From Octopus vulgaris (lineage: Eukaryota), in the NCBI GenBank assembly GCA_951406725.2, contig OX597815.1, positions 49,662,001-49,726,000 of the forward strand: a stretch of 64,000 bases of DNA. The letters are read 5' to 3'. Positions 56,148-64,000 of this stretch are shown piece by piece. Each line of letters begins with the position of its first letter. Positions within the stretch are counted from its first letter, which is position 1. The notes beneath the pieces were generated by a model. The model was not told the origin of the DNA and did not search any database. It saw only the letters and a program-made list of their open reading frames with translations. The position numbers were made by a program, and so were the translations under genes.

Positions 56148-56651
56148 TTTATATACATATATACATAAACATATATCTATATATACATATATCTATATAT
56201 ACATACAAGCAAAACGCCCCCTGTCCAATGGATGGTGCTGAGTTGTCAAACATTTAAACCAAATTTTCTCAAAACAACTTGTCTGACCGTCCCATAGGCC
56301 TCCCCTTTGAGAAACACTGATTTAACCTAAATTTGAGACACCAGTAAAATAAGAAATAAAGATGGACTTTTTTCTATTATAAAGGAAAACTATTTTATTC
56401 ACTTTATCGATCGCATTCTCACCTGGAATCGATTTTTGTAATTTTTTCAAGACTTATACACGCCCTGATACCGTCAGTATCTACATATCAAATTTGAGCG
56501 CAATCAGATGGAGGATGCCTGAGATCCTAGAAGACACACACACACAGACAGAACGGATTTTATATAATATATACATATATACATACATATATATATATAG
56601 ATAGATATATATATACACTATACAGATGCATATATATATATACATATATAT

Positions 56652-56690
<39 letters not shown>

Positions 56691-57130
56691 CATATCAATA
56701 AATGGTGGGGTTGTGTTGACCGCACGTGGAGAAATGATAGGCAAGGAAAAAATTATAAAAAGGCAGAATGCTAAATTGAAGGTAAATTTTAATGAAAATG
56801 GGTGTATGGAAAATTTTGAAAAATTAATAAAATATATATATATTAATTCAAACCGGTTTTCTTCACAATGTGACTTTTCAAGAATTGCAAGGTGAAAAGA
56901 AAAAAAATTTTTATGTTTGAGGAGGGGGAAGAAAGAAAATTACATTGTTTTTTGCAAAAAAATAATAATAAACATATACAAAAATTTAAAAATAGGTGCA
57001 CTGATACATTGTTAATTCTTTGTGTGTCTCGACTTCAATGATAGTTCTTGAAAAAATTACCATGGTGGATTGAGATCCATGTGATTAAATCCATGTGCTG
57101 TTTAATTTAATTAAGGATATGCATACATAC

Positions 57131-57165
<35 letters not shown>

Positions 57166-57183
57166 CACACATACACACACACA

Positions 57184-57446
57184 CAAGTATATATAGTAAC
57201 GTTTTTTGCCACTATAACATAGCTGTTCTATAAAGAACTGTTACTACATTTTAATCACAGGAAAACATTTCTTCCAGGTGGTCAACGACACACAACCTAT
57301 GTCCAATATATTGTGAGTATATTGGATACAGGTTGTGTGTCATTGACCAGCTGGAAAGGACGTTTTCCTGGCGGTTAAAATGTGATAACATAGTTCTTTA
57401 TAGAAGAGCCATATTATAGTCGCAAAATATGCTACAGTCTACTTTG
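57184..57446. repeat. ~260 bp imperfect palindrome (foldback)
   Basis: The arms pair around a centre at ~57314 (ccaatatatt-gtg-agtatattgg). Confidence 0.85.
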
Positions 57447-57505
57447 TTATATATACATATATATATATATATATATGCTTTTTTACATACATATATGTAC
57501 ATACT

Positions 57506-57558
<53 letters not shown>

Positions 57559-57560
<2 letters not shown>

Positions 57561-57923
57561 TGCAGGACGTCACAAAATGTAAACAACAGGAAAAACGAAA
57601 TATGAAAACATGGTATTCGAACATTTTTATGCAAAAAATGAAAGAAGCAACTGGAAAACAAGACAAGTAACATAAAGAACGACCTTTCATCTGTTGTCGG
57701 TTGTTTATCTACTCCACATTTCAAGCTCATGAATTGCTCGAAATGTGGAGTAGATAAACAGCCAACAACTGATGAAGGGTAGTTCTTTATGTTACTTGTC
57801 TTGTTTTCCATTTGTTTCTTTCGTTGTTTGAATAAAAAAAAGTACGTATTCAATGTTTTCGTATTTCGTATTTCGTGTTGTTTTTGTATTTCATGTTGTT
57901 TACGTTTTGTGACGTCCTGTACC
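57559..57923. repeat. ~365 bp imperfect palindrome embedded in (TA)n
   Basis: The ends ggtgcaggacgtcacaaaatgtaaacaac and gttgtttacgttttgtgacgtcctgtacc pair; the centre is at ~57731. Confidence 0.85.
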
Positions 57924-58050
57924 CACATATGCATATATATATATATATACATATATATGTAAGTATGTACATATATGTATGTATATATACATATATATTT
58001 ATATTATTTATATCATTATATGATTGAACACCATGCATTCATTTCAAATA

Positions 58051-58095
<45 letters not shown>

Positions 58096-58258
58096 TTTAC
58101 ATACAATTTAAAATGGCTGTCTTGTTAAAAGGCTCAATACTGCAGTATTTGCCTTGAGAGGTCCTCTTATATAGATGCATTGTGCATAAAAGCACACATA
58201 TATCATTAGCAGGTGAGAATTGTATGTTCACTGCATACCAGCCAAATCTTACTGCCAA

Positions 58259-58313
<55 letters not shown>

Positions 58314-58603
58314 GAGTGGCTTTTCAGGTGCTGACACCACAAATAGCCAGCAGGCTTATTAAAAAATAATTGTTAGTGACACAAGTAGTGTTTATACTAA
58401 AAGGTAATCTTTACATCCAACTTAGCGTTCGTTTATATGAGAGGACTATTCATGGTGAATACCACGGTATTTGGCATTCTAACAAAACCGCCACATTGAG
58501 TTGAATATGAAGACTGTCTTTTAGCATTAATACTGCACCTGTCACTAATAAATTCTGTGTTTGTGTGTGTGTGTGTGTATTTATATATCCACACACACTC
58601 ACT

Positions 58604-58704
<101 letters not shown>

Positions 58705-58729
58705 CCATATATATATATATATATAAATA

Positions 58730-58880
58730 CAGGGTTGGCCAGAAGTCACTTGACAGTAAATCAAAACCGTTTAATTCCAAGATTTATTTATGTTTAATGA
58801 CTGAAGGAATTTAATAAAAACATCTAAATATGAAACATCATGAAAATTGTTCAAACTGAAGTCCTCTTGAGTAACACATA
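58730..58880 (-). mobile_element. Tc1/mariner 3' terminal fragment
   Basis: TA followed by a cagggttggccagaag terminus. The minus frame ends RGLQFEQFS*, like the DD41D C-terminus at 60.36 kb. Confidence 0.5.
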
Positions 58881-59308
58881 ATAGATTAGATAGGATGATG
58901 TCTATATTACAATATTACAATAACCAATAATATGTTGTGCATGTATAGTAATATTATGATCATGAAATTAGCATTAGCTTATCTCACACTTTTTCATGGA
59001 ATCCCTAGGAACCTTTTGCAGAACCCTAGGTTAAACAGTTGTGAAAATCCTTCAGATATTTCAAACAACATTATTCTTTTATTCTTTTACACATTTCAGT
59101 CATTTGACTGCAGCCATGCTGGAGCACTACCTTAAAGGGTTTTTAGTAAAAGAAATCAGCCCCATGACTCATTCTTTGTAAGCTTAGTACTTACTCTATT
59201 GGTCTCTTATGCCGGACAGCTAGGCTATGAGGACATAAACACACCAACATCGGTTGTCAAGTGTTGATGAAGGGACAAACACAGATCCAAAGACATACAC
59301 TCATAAAC

Positions 59309-60183
59309 ATGACCCATTCTTGTTTTCTTTGTATCGTCTGTCTGAATGTTTTGTTGTCCCTTTTTTGTATCACCTAACTGTCTGTTCTTTGCCATTTTTG
59401 TATTTTTTTATATATAAAAATATAGTGGTGTATGTACACTTTGGTCTCTTATATGTAAGTATATATATATATATATATCTAAATTTTGTACGATTCTATT
59501 ATTCTTTCTATTCTTTCATTATTTCCGTCATTCTATCAGCCCTTTCACACTTACTTCATTCATTCCACTCTTCGTTCTTTTGTTTCCCCCTCTCTCACAT
59601 TTCCTGGCCTCCTCTTCATGCTCACTTCCCACCTCTTTCCCTTCACTCTTTCCCTTTCATTATTTTTTCATCCCTTCTTAATTCTTCTATCCCTCTGCCT
59701 CTACCTCTCTTTCTTCTCTCTCTACATGACCGGTGTTCAGTCAAGTCTGACCTTTCTTTCTTGGTTCAACTACCATCCGTGCAACATCTGTATTCTTCCC
59801 TGTTCCTGTCAAATCTTATGTCCCTGCCGTAAGGCTTTACATCCACACACGCCAGCTTAATTTAATTCATCCTTAGTCGAAAGATACCTGTTTTTATGTC
59901 CTGTTATTTGCATTTGTATTTGTGTAACATTTCTCCGTTTTTTTTCCCATTCTTGTTTTCGTATACATTTGCTGCTTTCTTAGCTTAGTTTTTCCTTGGG
60001 GCTGGTCAGATTGGAACAATCTCAAGTATAACCAGCCGAAATTGCAAAGATAATCTGGAACTTGATTGAGGAAAAAAACTCCAAATGACCCGTCCTTGTT
60101 TTCTTTGCATTGTCTGTCTGGATGTTTTGTTGTCTCTTTTTTTGTATCACCTAACTGTCTAGATGTTTTGTGTTTTTGTCCTG

Positions 60184-60185
<2 letters not shown>
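59309..60185. repeat. Unclassified element with ~75 bp terminal direct repeats
   Basis: 59309-59383 is repeated with mismatches at 60085-60160. Confidence 0.6.
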
Positions 60186-60244
<59 letters not shown>

Positions 60245-60248
<4 letters not shown>

Positions 60249-60780
60249 GTGTCCCAAAAAAATGTATACACACCTTAAATAATTGTAAATTTGGGGTTTA
60301 TTATAATTCAAATAATTTTCAACATGTAAAAGAATTTACAAATATCATTCTATTGTCTTGTTATCGCATGTTCTCAAACTGATGTCCGTTCTGCTCCAGA
60401 CACTGCTGATAACGCAAAGCGATGGAATGGCACACATCATGGAACAATTCCCTTGGGATATTCGTACATTCATTTTCAATGGTTGCCCTCAATTGAACGA
60501 CTGTTGCAGGTTTCTGTGCGTAGACTTTGTCCTTTTGGTATCCCCATAAAAAGAAGTCTAGTGGTGTGAGGTCTGGTGAACGTGGAGGGTATTCGACAAA
60601 ACCTCTCCGTCCAATCCACCTGTTTGGTAAGATCCCATCAAGAAAGGATCTAACATCGCGATGGTAGTGTGGAGGTGCCCCATCTTGCTGGAAATAAAAC
60701 TCCTCCTGTTCAAAGTCCTCTCTAATGCTTGGCATGACAGACTGTTGCAGCAAGTGTATACATTTTTTTGGAACACCCTG
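60245..60780 (-). mobile_element. Internally deleted Tc1/mariner of the DD41D (rosa/Visitor) group
   Basis: TA-flanked 27-bp TIRs (cagagtgtcccaaaaaaatgtatacac and gtgtatacatttttttggaacaccctg). The open frame reads FQQDGAPPH...WIGR...PPRSPDLTPLDFFLWGY, with 41 residues between the second and third catalytic Asp. Confidence 0.92.
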
Positions 60781-61451
60781 TATATATATATACATATATA
60801 GATAGATATACATACATACAACAGGCTTCTTTCAGTTTCTGTTTTCCAAATCCACTCACAAGGCTTTAGTCAACTTGCCAAGGTGCCATGCAGTGGGACT
60901 GAACCAGGAACCATGTGATTTGGAAGCAAGCGTCTTACCACACAGCCATGCCTTTTCAACATGGGATGATATTTTTTACCTGTCTAATTTTGTTTGAGTT
61001 ATTTTTGATAACAGTGAGAAGTTTGGTGTTAATTTTTTCACCCAGTTTGGGCAGAAAAAGAAAACTTTTTCAATACTTTTTTCTTTAGTTGACATCCATC
61101 ATAAAATGTTGGAAAGAAATCTCCACAAAGAAAATCTTACTGTTGTTACATTTGTGGTGGTGGTGGTGGTGATGGGCAGATGGTTTTGTGGATTTTTCAA
61201 TGATTCATCAAACGTTTCAGCAGTGCCTAATTGTTACTGGTTTTTACCTTCCTTTCTATTGGCTATGCTGTAACTTTTTCACCAAGATCCCTTCTCATTT
61301 CCATTATATAACATTTATGGTGTATTCCCACACTTTGTAATCTTTGTGTTTTAGTATTGTTTTTGCATATAAATGAGTACAAATAAATAAAAAAACTATT
61401 ATTATTGTTGTTGTTGTTGTTGTTGTTGTTATTATTACTATTATTATTATA

Positions 61452-61504
<53 letters not shown>

Positions 61505-61695
61505 CATCATCATCAAGGCAGCAAGCCGGCAGAATTATGAACATACCTGTTGCTACATCGAGGTCAACTTTGCCTTTCATCCTTTTGGGGCCAATAACTT
61601 AAAAGTACTAGTGAAACACTGAGGGCAATGTAATCAACTATTCCCCTCCTCCAAAATTTCAGGCCTGGTGCTTATAGCAGAAAGCATTATTCTTG

Positions 61696-62056
61696 TTATT
61701 ACCTCCACCTTAGCGAAGGTAGAGGTATTGTTTTCAGTCGTGTTTGTTTGTCCATGGACAAGATATCTCAAGAACTGCTGGATGGATTCAAATGAAACTT
61801 TCGGGCATGTTTGGCCTCATGACAGGCACGAACTGATTAAATTTTGGGATCAATCTGGTACTGGACAAGAATTCTGGATTATTTTTCCTGTTTTTTTTAC
61901 TTAATTTTTGAGAGTGGTCAGGTTCAATTTTAGTATTCTTATTTGTGAGAGCAGTCGAGTTTATTTCAGATATTCTCATTTTAAAAATCATCTTTGGCTA
62001 ATCGTTGAGAGGACGTTGCTGTTGCCTTGGTGAAGGTTTGCGCTCTCTGAGTGCTC

Positions 62057-62058
<2 letters not shown>
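61696..62058 (+). mobile_element. Helentron-associated non-autonomous element (HINE/DINE-1-like)
   Basis: A 5' subTIR with hairpin (tacctccacc..ggtagaggta), a short gttt microsatellite, a 3' subTIR ggtgaaggt and a terminal hairpin gcgctc-tct-gagtgc, all in T-rich flanks. Confidence 0.65.
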
Positions 62059-62106
<48 letters not shown>

Positions 62107-62129
62107 TCTATTATTATTATTATTATTTC

Positions 62130-62176
<47 letters not shown>

Positions 62177-62646
62177 GTAGTAGTAGTAGTAGTAGTAGTA
62201 GTGCTGAGCTCTAATTGTGGTGGGTACCTGTGGAAGGTAGATGTGGAACGAAATGGTGAGAAAGGATCTTCAGACACCGGGCCTCACTGAGGAAATGATA
62301 AGGGACCAGAAGATGTGGCAACCTGTTGTGCTTGATAAGATGGATCAAGCTAAGTAAAGTTGCCATCATCCACACATACAGGCTTGTCCTTTTAAGTACC
62401 AGTGCCACATAAAAAGAACCCATGCTGGTGTTGCATTAACACACCTGTGCCAGTGACACGTAAAGAGCACCTAGTACACTCTGTTAAGTTATTGGCATTA
62501 AGAAGGGCATCCAGTCATAGCAACCATGTCACAACAGACAGTTGGACACAGGACAGTTCCTTGTTAACCAGCTCCATGTCAGTTCGTCCAACTCATGCCA
62601 GCATGGAAAGTGGATGTTAAACTATGATTATGATGATTATGATTAA

Positions 62647-62936
62647 AGTGGTGAGTTGGCAAAATTGTTAACATATTGGGCAAAATGCTAAGCACTTTTT
62701 GTTCTTTACTTTCCGAGTTCAAAGTCTGCTGAGGTTGGCTTTGCCTTTAATTCTTTCAGGATCGATAAAATAGATACCAGTTGAGCACTGGAGTTGATGT
62801 AATCAACTATTCCCCTCCCACCATATTTCAGACCTTATACCTGTAATATAAAGCATTGTTATCATTATTATTATTATTATTATTGTTATCATTATTATTA
62901 TGATTATTATTATTATTGTTATTATCATTATTATTA

Positions 62937-63002
<66 letters not shown>

Positions 63003-63502
63003 GGCAGTGAGCTGGCAGAATCATTAGCATGCCAGGCAAATGCTTAGTGGTATTTCGTCTGTCACTACATTCTGAGTTCGAAATCCAACGAGGTTGACTT
63101 TGCCTTTCATTCTTTTGGGGTCGATTAAGTACCTGTTATGCACTGAGGTCGATGTAATTGACTCAATCCTGTCTTCCAAATTTGAGGCCTTGTGCTTCCA
63201 GTAGAAATAATTATTTTATTATTATTATTAGGTAGTGATCTGGCAGAATCATTAGCACACCAGTCAAAATGCTCAGTGGCATTTCATCTGTCATCAGATT
63301 CTGAGTTCAAATGCTACCAGGGTTGACTTTGCCTTCCATCCTTCTAGGGTTGATAAATTAAATACCAATGAAACACTGTGGTCGATGTAATCAACTATCC
63401 CCTGCCTTAAAATTTTAGGTCTTGTGCCTACAGTAGAAACGATTATCATTATGGTTATTATTAATATTATTATTATTGTTGTTGTAATTATTATTATTAT
63501 CA

Positions 63503-63564
<62 letters not shown>

Positions 63565-63586
63565 TTAATTATTATCATTATTATCA

Positions 63587-63665
<79 letters not shown>

Positions 63666-63844
63666 CATTATTAAGGCAGTGAGTCAGGAAACTCATGTGA
63701 ACACTGGGAAAAATACTATGCAACATTTTTTCTGGTCCTTTATTTTCTGAATTCAAATTCTACCAAAGTTGGTTTTACCTTTCATCCTTTCTGGGGTCAA
63801 TAAAATAAGCACCTACTTGAGCCAAAATTTGAAAATTTATTTTT

Positions 63845-63920
<76 letters not shown>

Positions 63921-64000
63921 AGAGCACTGGTTTGGCAGAATCATTAAAGCATCAGAAAACATACACTATTTCTTTTGGTACTTTGTTTTGAGTGCAACTC
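62647..64000 (+). mobile_element. Head-to-tail array of family B SINEs separated by (ATT)n/(ATC)n tracts
   Basis: Copies start at ~62647, 63002, 63230, 63674 and 63925 (another at 61516), all on the plus strand. Confidence 0.85.

Larger units (their letters stand above)
59080..60952 (-). mobile_element. Family A SINE split at its central microsatellite by two insertions
   Basis: The 3' half lies at 59080-59308 and the 5' half at 60820-60952, in the same orientation. Confidence 0.75.

Noticed and set aside
57735-57785. GAAA ... CTGATGA as a permuted hammerhead
   Set aside because: Helix III and the NUH site could not be formed.
62647-64000. Repeat-spacer appearance suggestive of CRISPR
   Set aside because: Units are ~200 bp SINEs separated by microsatellites in eukaryotic DNA, with no cas genes.

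Overview
AT-rich, repeat-saturated eukaryotic DNA with no intact protein-coding ORF. The SINE and microsatellite repertoire is typical of an Octopus (coleoid cephalopod) genome; that assignment is from recollection and no search was run. The window looks intronic or intergenic. It holds many tRNA-derived SINEs of at least three types, RTE and CR1-like LINE relics, a Helitron PIF1-helicase relic, a Helentron-type HINE, two internally deleted Tc1/mariner elements (one DD34D-like, one DD41D), hAT-type MITEs, foldback palindromes and long microsatellites. The most striking structure is a ~2.1 kb element (18603-20717) with ~600 bp inverted arms, each carrying the same SINE at the same position, around a 900 bp spacer. 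A few isolated splice-site-bounded segments (best: a 30/34-nt minus-strand microexon at ~13.8 kb) and a consistent GA-on-plus skew suggest a minus-strand host gene that cannot be identified from this window.
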